From assembly GCF_036321535.1 (NCBI RefSeq), contig NC_087436.1, positions 22,632,001-22,696,000 on the forward strand: a DNA stretch of 64,000 bases, in the 5' to 3' direction. Shown here one piece after another: positions 51,666-64,000 of this stretch. The stretch comes from Camelus dromedarius (taxonomy: Eukaryota). Made by a program: the position numbers and the translations under genes. The notes beneath the pieces are model-generated. The model did no database searches. It saw only the letters and a program-made list of their open reading frames with translations, and was not told where the DNA came from. Each line of letters opens with the position of its first letter. Position 1 is the stretch's first letter.

Positions 51666-51819
51666 ATTTGTTGTCCCAGTTAGTTAGAATTTAGTGCTTA
51701 TAAGGTTAACATCATAGTCCAGAATTTCTAAAGAGGCAAAATCTTCAATAGCCATTGTCTGTGACCTTAAAAAAATGGTGGAGCCACAGTTGGAGGCACT
51801 ACAACCTCCATGAAACAAA

Positions 51820-52042
51820 GTATGGCCTTTGATGATCACACAGACCTGGGTCAAATCCTGGCTCTACTCTGCTAATTCAAGCTGATCATTTCATTTCACC
51901 CTCTAAGATCAGATTCCTCACCTATAAAATGGGGATGTGTGGGTGATAACACCTACTTCATGGGAATGTTAAATGGATTAAATGAGAATATATCATCTGT
52001 TTGTATGGTACCTGATAAATAGTAATTAATTAAATTGTAGCT
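51820..52042 (+). mobile_element. MIR
   Basis: 'cagacctgggtcaaatcctggctct...ttcctcacctataaaatgggg...ggattaaatgag'. Confidence 0.8.
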
Positions 52043-53790
52043 ACACCATCACACAAATGTAACAAAATTGAACGGCCACGGAGAGAGACTACAAATAGTA
52101 TAAGACGTCTTTGCAGGCAGCACAAAAGCAAGGCGTCTGCTGTGCTCTCCAGAAACTGCTAACATCTTTGGCTCTTAGGAGAACCTCACACTTTCTTCAC
52201 TGGCCATGTTAACGTGATCTTCTCTCTGCTATGCTGTGAGGTCGTTAACTTTGTCCCCCAGTCCACTCCGTTCCCCTCCTTTCTCAACAGATGCCCAGTG
52301 ACTTTATACTATGCAGAGTCCCCTACTTGGGCACCTGGCAAATATATCTTTGCCTAAGCAGGTCACCACCCTGTGGGAAAAAGTTGCCACTTTCTTACTT
52401 ACATACTTTCCCTGACTGCCCCCCCCATCACCAATTCCCAGTTCCATCACTGAAATGAAGAAAATGAATCTACTATAATACTAATAATAAAACATGAATT
52501 ATTATTATATTCTTATTCCAACCTCTGTCCCAGGGAATATATTTTTTTAATATCTTTTAAGTGTTTTTCAGAATCCATATCTTCAGGCTGGGAGACTGGG
52601 GGCCTCAGGCAGGCTGGTGAAGGGGAGTCTAGGATGTCATCTCTGGGGATCTCACATCCTGTTTTAGGACCGCTTGGCCACTGCCTCTGTCACTTTCAAT
52701 TCTGAGATTTAAATCAGCAAGGAAATCCATGTGAAGTAGAGTAGCTCTGTGTAATAACCTATAATAAATCCTGCCAGACAAACCATTTTCCACTGTGATT
52801 TCCACTGGACTATAACAAATACATTTTACAAAGGAATTCCCCAGTGAATTTGGAGATTGCTTTTAATGATTATTTGTGTTTAAAAGCCCCAAGGCCAAAA
52901 AAAAAAATGTTCACATGGTTGTCCCTGACTTGTTAAAGCATGCTGAAAAATATATATTTATGTAAGTAAAAACAAAGAAAGTACACATATACACAATGAA
53001 TGGCCATTGATCCTTAACGATAAGGTTACTCACAGGTTTTGACATCCCTCTCCCTGTCTCAAAGTGCTTCTGCTGTATTTAACGTAGATTGGTATTACAG
53101 CAAGTGACAAGGCTCATCAAGAGGAAATTCGGGAGAAAAACTGTATGGAAGAGAACCAAAGCAGAAAACGATCTCCAACCTCCCCCCACTACCATCCTAA
53201 GGGTATTTCACACTGGAGCCCAAATGAAATATCTAACTGGAAACAGCAGTGAGCAAAGGAGAAGCTAGACTCAGATGCTTTTTAATTTGGTTGGCCTGGT
53301 ACCTGTGTTCCTAAGCCTGTCCTTCTGTTCTCCTTCAGTGGTGAAAGCCAGGGCCAGCCTTACACCCAGCTGGGCTGCTCAGCCCCACGGGGCCATGGGG
53401 GACCAGGAGAGCCGTCTGCCCCGAGGCTCACGTACCTGCCAGCCAGCCAGCCAGCCACACAAGTGCACTACCTAGAGCCCCAGCCAAAACTCATGCTTCC
53501 AACATGGAGCCCCAAGAGAGATACTGCGAGGATGAAAACTGACATGGAAAAGTGTTAGAGCATCGCTGGACATTAACTAGGTTCATGTGGCTTTCTGTTC
53601 ATAGGGATGCAGAGGACAGAAATTAGAACCCTGTGGAAATGAAATGGATTTTCAGATATGGGGCAAAAAGCCCAAAGCAGGAAGTGCATTCCAGGGAAAC
53701 AAAAAGAGCACTGTTGTGCAGGATTCTGAACGGCTGAGGGGATAGGCATTGGGTTCGAGACCTGCAACAGGGAAAAACATGACATGGACC

Positions 53791-54192
53791 TGTGTCTTGG
53801 TCCCTTCAGGCTGCCTTAACGAAATGCCATAGGCCGGGTGGTTTAAACAAAGGAATTTTATTTTTCACAGTTCTGGAGTCTGGGAGTGCCAGGCAGATCC
53901 AATCCAGGCCCTGATCTGAGTGCCAGGCAATTCAGATCCGGGTCCTGGTGAGAGCTCTCTTTCTGCTTTGCAGATGGCTATCTTATGTCTTCAGATGGCA
54001 GAGAGAGAGGCAGAGTGCAAGAGAGCTCACTGGTCTCTTTTTATAAAGCCACTAATCCTATCACAGGGACCCTACCCTCATGACCTCATTTAAATTTAAT
54101 TCTCTCCCAAAGACCTGCCTCCACATACCAACACAATGGGGGCTAGGACTTTAACATATGAATTCTGGGGGGACACAGTTCGGTCCATAGAA
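53791..54192 (-). mobile_element. MaLR LTR (MLT1A-like)
   Basis: 'tcacagttctggag...ccctcatgacctcatttaa...aacatatgaattctggggggacacagttcggtccatag'. Confidence 0.85.
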
Positions 54193-54985
54193 GCCTAGGA
54201 CATCTTGTGCCAAGAAACAAGGAAGGGCTCAAAGAATGACACGGATACGCCAAAAAAATACAAAAGACAACTTGACTGGGTGCCTACTGGCCAATCAGGG
54301 ACCAATTGTGTGTAAAGATAAATAATGATAATAATGGATTATAACCTATTGATAAAATATGATACCAAAGTTCACACATACTTAAATGAATAAATTGAAA
54401 GTCTGACAAACAATGAGATATTTACAGTTGCAAAGTACTTTCCCACAAAATATTTTATGGTGAGTAACTGTGAAAGCATCACCTTTATCAAGTGGTCAAA
54501 GCAAACATCATCAGTAACGGAAGGAAGCAAAACCAGGCACTGCCTGAAAAGATACCAGGAAAAGGAATACAGCACCATTTCTGTGCTATTCCTGCCAAAG
54601 ATGCATAACTCTAATCTAATCATAAAGCAACACCACACAAACCCAAATTGAGAAACATTCTAAAAAGTAAACCAGCCTGTAATCTTCAAAAGTGCCTAGT
54701 TATAAAATCAAGGAAAGACTGAAGAACTGCCTTAGATTGACAGAAACTAAAGAGACATGACAACTCAATACAACAGGTGATTCTGACCAAGATCCTTTTG
54801 CTACAAAAGACAGTATTGGTCAACTGGTAAATGAGTTGTAATGTAATGATGTTAATTTCCCAATCTCAATCACTGCAGTGCACCTATGTAAGAGAAAGTC
54901 CTTGTTTTTTAGGAAATACCTATCAAATACCTGAAATTGATGGGGCATTAAGTAAGCAACTTACTCTCACATGGTTCCAGGAATG
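54193..54985 (+). mobile_element. L1MC-like 3'UTR
   Basis: 'acagcaccatttctgtgctattcctgccaaagatgcataac...aaagagacatgacaact'. Confidence 0.75.
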
Positions 54986-55830
54986 TCTACAGACACTGTC
55001 AAATGTCTCTCTGAGGACTGGGGCCTGGGGGTAAAACTTGTCTCCAGTTGAAAACCATTGGACTAACCTAACTGAAACAGATCTTATCTGGGCTCCACTT
55101 AAGTGTCTTTAGACCTCTGCTGTAAAACTACCAGAAAACTACCAGGTTGGCAGGAAGTCATCTAATAATCAATACAAAGACAGATGGAGCAGAAAAACCT
55201 CTGATTAATCACCCAACATATTAACTTCTTCTCCTTGATACATATAATATCAGACCTTGGGGAGTTATGTTGTCCAACATCTTCATTTTACACACGAAGA
55301 AGGATCAGTCTCTTTCCCTACTTTCTGACAGCACCTATCAGGCCAAAATGGGATCAGAGCTGAACATCTAGCTCAGTTAAATTTCCTCTAGGACTTTACA
55401 AAGGCCTCCTTCAGTGTATTGGTATAGGATAAACATACTAGTCTTGGCTTTACTTTTGACATTTTTCAACGTAACATTTTGCTATTGCTCCATTAGAGAT
55501 TGCATTCCTTTGTTTTCTGAATGCTTATCTACCTCTCTTATTTCATCAACTGAAAGTGTTAAAAATTAAATATACTGAAATGCTTACCAGTACCCCTCTT
55601 TCCAGAGCCCTATGATTACCATAGTGAGACAGTTACAATGGATAACAGAATTTTTAAAAGTTGAAAATCCTCCTGATGAAAAGCAACAGAAACTGTATTC
55701 TCCCTGAAGCTAAATCATTATGGCCCCAAGGATGAAGCTGTGGGAAATGTGGATCAAATAGAGTGATTCCAAGAGACACAGTAGTCCTGTATCTTCTAAG
55801 AAGTGTTAGGTAGGTTATTCTAAATTAATA

Positions 55831-56051
55831 TAGTTGACTCTTGAACAGTGTGGGGGTTAGGGATGCTGAACCCTTGCACAGTCAAAAGTCTGTGACTAAG
55901 TTTATATTTTGATTCCTATATCTGAGGTTCCACATCTGTGGTTTCAACCAACCTCAGATCATGTAGTGCTATATAGTATGCACCAAGTGAGAAAAAAATC
56001 TGCGTATAAGTGGACCCATGCAATTCAAACATATTGTTCAAGGGGCATCTG
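55831..56051. mobile_element. MER8/Tigger2-derived TcMar MITE
   Basis: Terminal inverted repeats ta|tagttgactcttgaaca ... tgttcaaggggcatctg; internal 'gcgtataagtggaccca'. Confidence 0.8.
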
Positions 56052-56514
56052 AATCTGTACTCTCATCTGAATCAGAGCCTCAATCTCTAACAGCCAAGCA
56101 GTATGACAAGGACAACTAGCGGGAAAATTATCTGATCAAGCTGTTTTCTCCTTCTCAGTGGGTGAAACACCATTCCAGCCAGAGCCATCTGCCACAAGGC
56201 ATACCCAGGATTCTGCTCTTCACTTACTCATCTGACAGTTATTTACCCAACGATATATCTATTTGTCCAGCATTGTGCTACATGCTGTGAAGGAGTCTGA
56301 GTTGGAGTTTTCATGTTTTAGTGGTTAAACCACATCTGAAAGTCTAAGCAAGTTCACACACACACACACACACACAATCCAGTGCTGACAGCAAGTATGC
56401 AACACTGTAAAGCAAAATAAATAAATAAAAACCTGGACATAGTTTGAGTAAGAGAGAGATTTTAAAAAGTAAAGTCTTGGGACAAAAGCCTAAGTGTCAT
56501 AAGAATAGATTCTC

Positions 56515-56931
56515 TGTTATGGACTGAATGTTTATGTCACCCCAAAATTCACATATTGAAGCCCTAACCTCCAATGTGACTGTATTTAGAGGTAGGGCCT
56601 TTGGGAGACAATGAAGTTTGTATTAGATCTTGAAGGGAGAGCCTCATGATGGAATTAGTGTCCTTATAAGAAGAGGAAGATCTCTCTGTCTCTATCTCGA
56701 TTTCCATCTCAGTTTCTACCTCTCTGTCTCTCCATGGGCAAGCACCCAGGAAAGTCCATATAAGCACACACTAAGAAGGCAGCTGTCTACAAGCCAGAAA
56801 ATGGGTCTTTACCAGGAACCAAATGTACTGGTACTTTGACCTTGGACATCCCTCCACAGCCATGAGAAATAAATGTTGTTTAAGTTACTCAGTCTACTAC
56901 ATTCTGTTACAGCTGCCCAAGCAACTAAGAC
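56515..56931 (+). mobile_element. MaLR solo LTR (MLT1A0-like)
   Basis: 'tgttatggactgaatgtttatgtcaccccaaaattcacatattgaagcccta...gagaaataaatgttg...ctaagac'. Confidence 0.88.
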
Positions 56932-58093
56932 GCTTTCCTTCCAGTGTTAAAATTTCGTGTACCTTCTATCCTTGTCATTGTGACTCTTCAGCATTACATA
57001 TGTCTCCTGTACTCTTGTAGAATGAGAAAGACCATATGGCTACCTTTATTCTTATAATAACATTACTGGCTTTTAAATCAAGCGACCTTTCCTTGGATCA
57101 CAATGTGGAATACACATGGTACAAGCAGTTTATAATCCCCTGTTAACAAAGCTAATGAAGTTAAGGTTGGTCTCTTAATTTTATTTGCCTTTTCATTTTC
57201 TCAACATCAAGGAAAAGAAAATTAGATCAAAATTAATGTTTAGGCTCAAGAGACACTGGACTTCATGGCTACTCTCTTTATTACTCCAAATGTAATTAAG
57301 TGTGCTGACTTCAATAAATGTACCTTCTGCTATGCATGCGGCAATTTCAACAGTAATAAGTTTGCATTTATTATAATTTATTTTAGCCAGATAACTAGTA
57401 CCACTCTTGTTTATTTCTTTGATCATGAAAAAGAATGAGTGTCTGCTTATTTGTTTGCACATGCTGATGATTCAATGGTCTCTTACATGCTGCTAAACTG
57501 CAGCCTAAAATAAGGTGCAGGCTAAACGGCAGCTTCAAATCTCCCAACATTGATCTACTGCTCAGGCCCAAGAGCACAGAAACCATTCCTTATGAAGCCC
57601 CAGGTACAGCCATTTTTATTCTAGCCAATGTAATGGGATTCTCAAAACACTAAGTCACTAGGCAGGCATCTTAAGAATAATCAATCACATTTTTCAATGC
57701 GTAAGATTCACCTTGAATTATGATTTTCAGTTTCACAACTTAATTTTGTTATTTGGGAGTTTTGTTTTTACCAAACTTGTGATTTATTATATAGCTCTCA
57801 TATCAGATGTGTGAACACTTTTTCTGATCTTTCTATATAAGAAGAGAAGTATCAAGGGAAATGTGAATGATGGATGTCTTGATGATTTCTATCCTGGCTT
57901 AATTTGAGGCTTCTGAGTACTAACTTTAAAGGGCCACCAAGAATATTTCATTCCTTTCCTGCTTCACTAACCACTTACTCTCAAATTGTTCAAATGAGCT
58001 AACTTGCTTCAATCAAAGAGAAGCTGGACATTTGGCCATAAATGCAAAAATGCACTGTCCTAAGCCTCAGTTCGTAAGAATAACATTTGCATT

Positions 58094-58241
58094 GTGCTTT
58101 ACTATCCAGTCTGCCACTCTGCGTCTTTTGATTGGAGCATTTAGTCCATCAACATTTACAGTAATTAATGATAGATGTGTGTTTATTGCCATTTTGAACT
58201 TATTTTTGCAGTTGATTTGGTATTTCTTCTTTGTTCCTTTC
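58094..58241 (-). mobile_element. Internal L1 fragment (ORF1/ORF2 spacer region) with 13-bp TSD
   Basis: 'tatccagtctgccactctgcgtcttttgattggagcatttagtccat...tattgccattttg'. TSD taacatttgcatt at 58081-58093 and 58242-58254. Confidence 0.75.
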
Positions 58242-59386
58242 TAACATTTGCATTTTAATCACAGTGTGCTAAAAGGAATACCTGTATAATAAGCCTCCTC
58301 AGGTGTGAAGGGACTAGTACCTAAAAGGGGACTGATCGCTACCATTGTGGTAGGACACCCTTCATGGAAGCTCACTGTTCTTTTACAAGCTCTGGGGTCT
58401 CCCTGCCATATTACAGAGGTGCCATCTTCCATATCCACTGCCTTCCGCTAGAGATGAGGGATGAGCTGGAACCCTGTGCACGGTCCTCAGTGAGAAGAAT
58501 GGTATCAATAATTTGCAAGTGGGCTGAGAACACAAAGATTACAGACAACAGGGTTACTCCTGTGCCAAAAAGTCACAGATCAGTAATCCATGGCAGGTAA
58601 GGCCAGTGAGGGCATAGAAGGAGAGTAGATTCCGAGCATATTTTTAAAATACTCTGAATGCCATATAGATTATTTTTCATTCTAATGGCTGTACATAAAT
58701 GCTAAATTAAGCCAACATTGCTTACTGTCAAATATACTAGTCATCTCTTGATCAGATTTTTCACCTCCAGAATAAGATGTTTTCACACATAATATCTAAT
58801 TCTTGAGAGTTTCTGCAAAAAATGCAGATGATTCTTGGAATGCTGATGGGAGCCTTAACGAATTTTCAATACAAAAGAAATAGACTGATTAAAATACATA
58901 AAGGCCAAAGAACAGCTCTGCTGCCAACAGATCTTTAATTCAGACATTCTTATTTAGTAACTCAGAGTGGACAATGGTGATTATATTCTTTCCCCACTGC
59001 ATGAAGAATATCAATAATCTTTGTCTCTACTATAAAGTATTGTCAGTATCAGCTAGAAATTTAGCCTCTCACATCCTTAGGTAATAAGCAAATACATTTC
59101 CAGGAAACATCAACCGCATCCTAGGGCCAAACTTCTCTATTAAATCATGCAGATAATGTGTTTCTTGGGAGAATCTATTTTATTGGCTTTATTTTTTGAA
59201 AGTCTAAATAATTTTTCTTTTGAAAATTTTCAGAGTGATGCCAATAGTTTTCTATCCATTTAAAGAATTCTTTAAACACATTTTTGTAATTTCTCACTCC
59301 CAAACATATCAAGGATCTAAAAATTCTGTTATTAAGCCAAGCCAAAGTCAATTGCCAGATGTACAGATTGAAATACCCATTTTAGT

Positions 59387-59619
59387 TCAATTGGGTCTTC
59401 CCTAATCCAATATGACTGCTGTGATTATAGAAAGAAGAAATCAGGGCACTGATGTATACAGAGGGAAAACCACATGAAAACACAGGAAGAAGACATTTAT
59501 CAAAAAGCCTGGGAAGGAAACCTTGGAAGAAATCAACCCTGCTAACATCCTGATCTCTAACTTCCAGTCTCTAGAACTGTGAGAAAATAAAGGTTTGTTA
59601 TTTGAACCACCCAAAAAAC
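59387..59619 (+). mobile_element. MLT1B-like LTR fragment ending at its polyA site, flanked by 15-bp TSD
   Basis: 'ctaatccaatatgactg...agaactgtgagaaaataaa', then A6. TSD aat(a/g)cccattttagt at 59372-59386 and 59620-59634. Confidence 0.75.
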
Positions 59620-59721
59620 AATGCCCATTTTAGTCACATTCTGCTGCTTTTACAAGAATAAATATTCTTTACATAGAATAAGAATAAAATGTTTCTTTTC
59701 CCCCATCAAAAAGCTCACCTT

Positions 59722-59867
59722 GTGGGGAGAATATAAATCAAGTGGTAGAGCACACGCTTAGCATACACAAGGTCCTGGGTTCAATTCCCAGTACCTCCTC
59801 TAAAAATAAATAAGTAAACCTAATTACCTCTCCCACCAAAAAATAAAAAATAAAATAAAAAATTTTC
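59722..59867 (+). mobile_element. Vic-1-like camelid tRNA-derived SINE with TSD
   Basis: 'ggggagaatata...gtggtagagc...ggtcctgggttcaattcccagtacctcc...aacctaattacc' plus A tail. TSD aaaagctcacctt at 59709-59721 and 59868-59880. Confidence 0.88.
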
Positions 59868-60130
59868 AAAAGCTCACCTTTTGTTAAAAGTTCAGAAGTA
59901 CCACTATTATTAAAGTTTTTGTAGAAGCACTGATATGTGCTGGAATGCTATGAATTAAGATACGGAGTAAACACGTGTGCATTTATGCCATATGGATAGT
60001 AACTCTCTTTCCTATAGTCTCTACATTTTCATGATGGTGGTGGTTTTATCCCATTCTTGAAAACTAGCTTTCATTATTTTTTATTTTATACCTATTCTCA
60101 TTAGTTTCACTATCAAGCTTGGGTCTGGGC

Positions 60131-60353
60131 CAGGGTTTCTCAGTCTCTGCACTCTTCACTTTTTGGACTGGATAATTCTTCATTGTAAGGGCCCGTCCTG
60201 TGCACTGTAGGATGTTGAACAGCATCCCTTCCTCTACCCACTAGATGTAAAAAGTACCCACCCCCATCCCCAGCTTTGACGTCCAAAAATGGCTCCAGAC
60301 ATTTTTACCAAATGTATCCAGAGGGGCAAAAGCTGTCAGATTGAGAATCACTG
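60131..60353. mobile_element. MER20 hAT-Charlie MITE
   Basis: TIRs cagggtttctca ... tgagaatcactg; core 'gtcctgtgcactgtaggatgtt..cagcatccct..cctctacccactagatg'; flanks gtctgggc/gtctaggc. Confidence 0.88.
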
Positions 60354-63229
60354 TCTAGGCTTACTAGACAAACCCCAGGCATTTATACCTCCCTCTGCAG
60401 ACCTGGTAAAGCTGTTACCAGTGAATCTAGTTTGAGTCAGCAGAGATCTCTGTTGTACACTTAAACATATACACGTTACAACTGGTGATTTAGATGACAG
60501 GAACTTGGAGCATCACTTTAGGAAGAAGATCCACAATATTTAGGAAAGGCTTTAACGTTACCATTCTTCAACCTCTTTTGGCCCATTTTATAATTTTTTA
60601 ATAAATTTCTGATAGTCTTTAGCTTCATTCTAAATGCTAAAACCTACAGTTTCCTTTTGAAAGGAGATTTGTGCAATCATTTCCCTTTTAATGATTTGAA
60701 TAAAATATCCTATCAATATGGGCTGGAAAAAAAAACTCTTATTCACATGAAAACAAAAATCTTCATTAATTTATTTGGGTTTTCCTTTCACTTGTTTCAA
60801 GTAATTTAGATGATCATGTCCATTCTTCACAAGCTTGAATCATTTCTATGAGCCAGCTTCTCATAGAATCTGTGGTCAGAATGCACATTTTACATGATCT
60901 GGAAGGGATGCTGAAGCAAATCAATAATTAATGAATTTTCAATGTTCATGCGTTTTGAATTTCTTGATTATAACATCTAGCAATTGCAGCAGAATATAAA
61001 CATCACTGCCGGAACAAAGGGTTTTGGAAAACTTGTCTCAGAAGTGCCTCGGAATCCATTTGCAGCTTCCAGGGTAAAACAAGCAACTCTGTGAGGCAGC
61101 TTTCTCCTGCCTCTCTGCCTCTCCTTCTCCCTCCCCTACTGGCCACCTGGGTACAGAGTTGGTGTCTTCTCGCAACTTCTTCCCCATAGACCAATAATTA
61201 ATTGCATTCCACACTGAGAAAGTTCTCAGTAAGAGGTGACGGGCACTTGTTAGAGGTTATGAAATTTAGAAGTTCACTTAGTGTTAGAAGAATGCAATAA
61301 ACCCAAACAGAAGCTGGGTGCATATCAAGACACTAAAATTTAAACGTCATACTTGTTGCTTTCTTCCAACTGCATAAAAGGACAAATCCAAATTGGCATT
61401 TTGCTGGTGGCATTTGTGCTTTTTAGAGAGTCCTTTGAAATTCCTTTGATCTAACTGGATTCCATTAACAGGCTCTGTTTGACAGTCCATAGTCATAAAG
61501 CAATTGGTAGTTAGAAAAATAATTCCATTTAAAATATAAAACACCCTGTAATCTCCATTTGCAATTTGAAAAGAGCAACAGACAAATACTTAGTTTTGGT
61601 TATTTTAAATCTACAGTTGCCCTTCTCTTATAGGCTGATTTCTTTCTCCTTTTTTTGTTCAAATCATATTTTGTCTAAATTTTATTTTTCATTAAAATTC
61701 TATTCAATATCTTATTCTGAACTATTTGTATGGCATTGTCGAAAATGTTTTTGTTTTTCATTCCTCTTCAATGTAAAATGTGATGGGACAATCGGCTTTC
61801 TATGTTTGTTTGTTTTTTTTTTAAGTTAGTAGTTGATTTGGGGAAAGGAACAGAATTTTTATAATATGATCTGAGTCTTCTACTCAGATTTTCAGACAGC
61901 TTTTAAAAAGTGTGTATAGGTTCAGTGTTTGCACTGATAAGGCTCATGTTCCTGCTGCTGTCCATCTTGTAAGACTAAAGTAAATACAAAGCAAATATAA
62001 ATTCATACAGTCAAATACACAGAAAATTCTCCCCATAACAAAATATGTTTGGGAAGTGACTCATATTCTATTAGAAAGTCAAATCCAAATTCTTTAAATA
62101 AATTTCAGACTCTTACTTAAACTTGACATTATTTCTCTCCAATTTTGAAATTATGGCAAATGTTAATTTGCAGTGACTTTTAAAATTATAAAATTAATCA
62201 AAATTATACAGAGAGATGTGTTGTTAAAAAGAAATTCAGTGTTGCATCTAAGAATCCAAAAAAGATTTCCAAATGTTGCACAAGGTGCAGACCTACTATG
62301 CCTTAGAACATGGGCAGCTGGAGGGTGGAGGGCTATGTCCACAGCAGATTTTGATAACAGTGTAATGGACTTTAGCAGGAAAGCTAAAGCCAGTCTTAAG
62401 GGGCCAACAGGTATTAAAGGACAAAACGATAAGCAATCAATCACAACATGCCTGAAGAATGAGAATGAGGAATAAAGCAGAGGATCAGGACATAAGTAGA
62501 CAGAAAAGAGCCTGGGAGACCAAGTACCAGAAGGCAAAGTAACAATCTACGTAGGATACTCTGGGAAGATCACCCAAGTTTAAGTCAATAGGCCTGGGTT
62601 CAAGTGGGCATCTCTATTTACAAGCCATAAGACCTCTGGCTGGACTCAGTTTCCTCACCCGCATTCTGAAGAAATCAAAGTCACAGGACAAATAAGTGGA
62701 AGATCAGAATCAAGGTAACCAGCTCTGTGCCTCCGACCCAGTCATTTCATATGGTTCTTGTAAGTAGAGGCCAGTACTAGCCTCCTTCACAAAGCCTCGC
62801 AGGCATGAGGAGGAAATTGAGAAGACTGGCACCAGAGGCAGGAGAGCCTGGGTGGTAAAATATAAATCCTCAAAAAGGAATGAACTCTGCAACTAAAAGG
62901 CTTAAATCATTTGAGACTCTTTTTTTTTTTTTTTTTTAATCATCTTCGACTTTTCCAAAGCCATGGATCCTTTAAGTCTTCAGCTATATTCCAGCAAAGC
63001 AATGAAATTACTAGAAGGCCTCATGGTGTGAAGCCAGCTTCCACTAGCCCAGGGCTTCTGCAGAGAATCCCTTCCCTGGAGTTGTCTGTTAAGACTTACA
63101 CCAGCCCTCTGCTCAAAGCACACTAGCCACAGAACACCAAAAGAAATCTTTATTTTTAAAAACTCAGCCACCATAGAGTACAACAAAGTACTATGTAAAC
63201 ATAAATCCCAGCTGGCCAAGTTCACAGTG

Positions 63230-63395
63230 TCCCCCTGGAGAGATCTTTTCTCAAGTATTTCCGCACTGACCTTGCAAACATGTTTTATTATCTGCACCAA
63301 GGAGAAGGTACTGAAGCATGTAGATTACATCATCGGTCCAAGGCCACATCAGTCACAAACAGCAGAGACAATATCCCAGCCCTGGCCTGTCTGAT
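63230..63395 (-). mobile_element. MIR fragment
   Basis: 'gagaaggtactgaagca...tccaaggccacatcag...ggcctgtctga'. Confidence 0.45.
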
Positions 63396-64000
63396 TAGGT
63401 CGTTCCAAAAAAAGAAAGGAAAGGAGGATGGAGGGAGGAGGAGCAGAGGGAGGGATAGCACGAGGAGAGTCTCTGTTGTGTATGGTCAGTTCTCACAGGT
63501 GCAGCTGCAAAGTCCTAAGATGCGAGCTGTCACTATCCATGCCTTCTGCTTGAATAAACCCTTTATTTGGAGCCTGGGTCTATGATCTTACATTTCCTAA
63601 TCAGAGCTTAAGAGAAACCCACTTTCTTAAGTTCCAAGCTATCTTTTAATGTCCACAGCGCTCCAAATGCTGGGTTTTGGCACAACAAACAATTCAGGAG
63701 CCTCCTGATCCCAGGCGGTGATCATCCTGGCAGTGGGGTCCCTGCTCTCAGCATCAAGCTGCCAAAACAATTGGCTTTGGGTCTTGAATCATCCTACCTA
63801 ACTAGAACAAGCTCTGGGCATTCCAAAATAAGAGGAAAGGAAGTTAGACGTATAGATTTTATAGGTCTTCACATGGAGAAATATACATTCTATAAGTCAT
63901 GAAACTTAAACCGAATCAAATTAAATTAGTGATTTATTTCTCATAGGAATGAAAAATCCCCATCCTCAAGAATGGGATGGTGTGACTCATTAGATATTAT

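Noticed and set aside
59722..59800. tRNA gene (also 16675-16748)
   Set aside because: The tRNA-like head continues into a SINE body, A tail and TSD, so it is a SINE rather than a tRNA.
62163..63585. Several 100-124 aa ORFs near the window end
   Set aside because: Mostly non-ATG starts, no recognisable domains or exon structure; lengths are within chance expectation for 64 kb.

Overview
AT-rich mammalian genomic DNA, probably camelid, judged from two Vic-1-like tRNA-derived SINEs. The window is mostly intronic or intergenic and dense in repeats (L1, L2, MIR, MaLR/ERVL/ERV1 LTR elements, hAT and Tigger MITEs). No complete host protein-coding gene is evident. Candidate 3' exons of an unidentified + strand gene lie at about 4.9-12.6 kb. 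The main finding is a ~1.74 kb decayed endogenous bornavirus-like element at about 8531-10270 (+). By-eye translation gives colinear similarity to bornavirus glycoprotein (C-terminal half), matrix protein and the N-terminus of the L polymerase. The order is G-M-L (carbovirus/cultervirus type), and the element ends in TT-A16 where a T3-like viral termination signal would fall. This fits a viral polycistronic mRNA retrocopied by L1. Viral alignments are against BoDV-1 protein sequences recalled from memory and need tBLASTn/HMM confirmation. Repeat family names are pattern-recognition calls with approximate boundaries unless TSDs are given.
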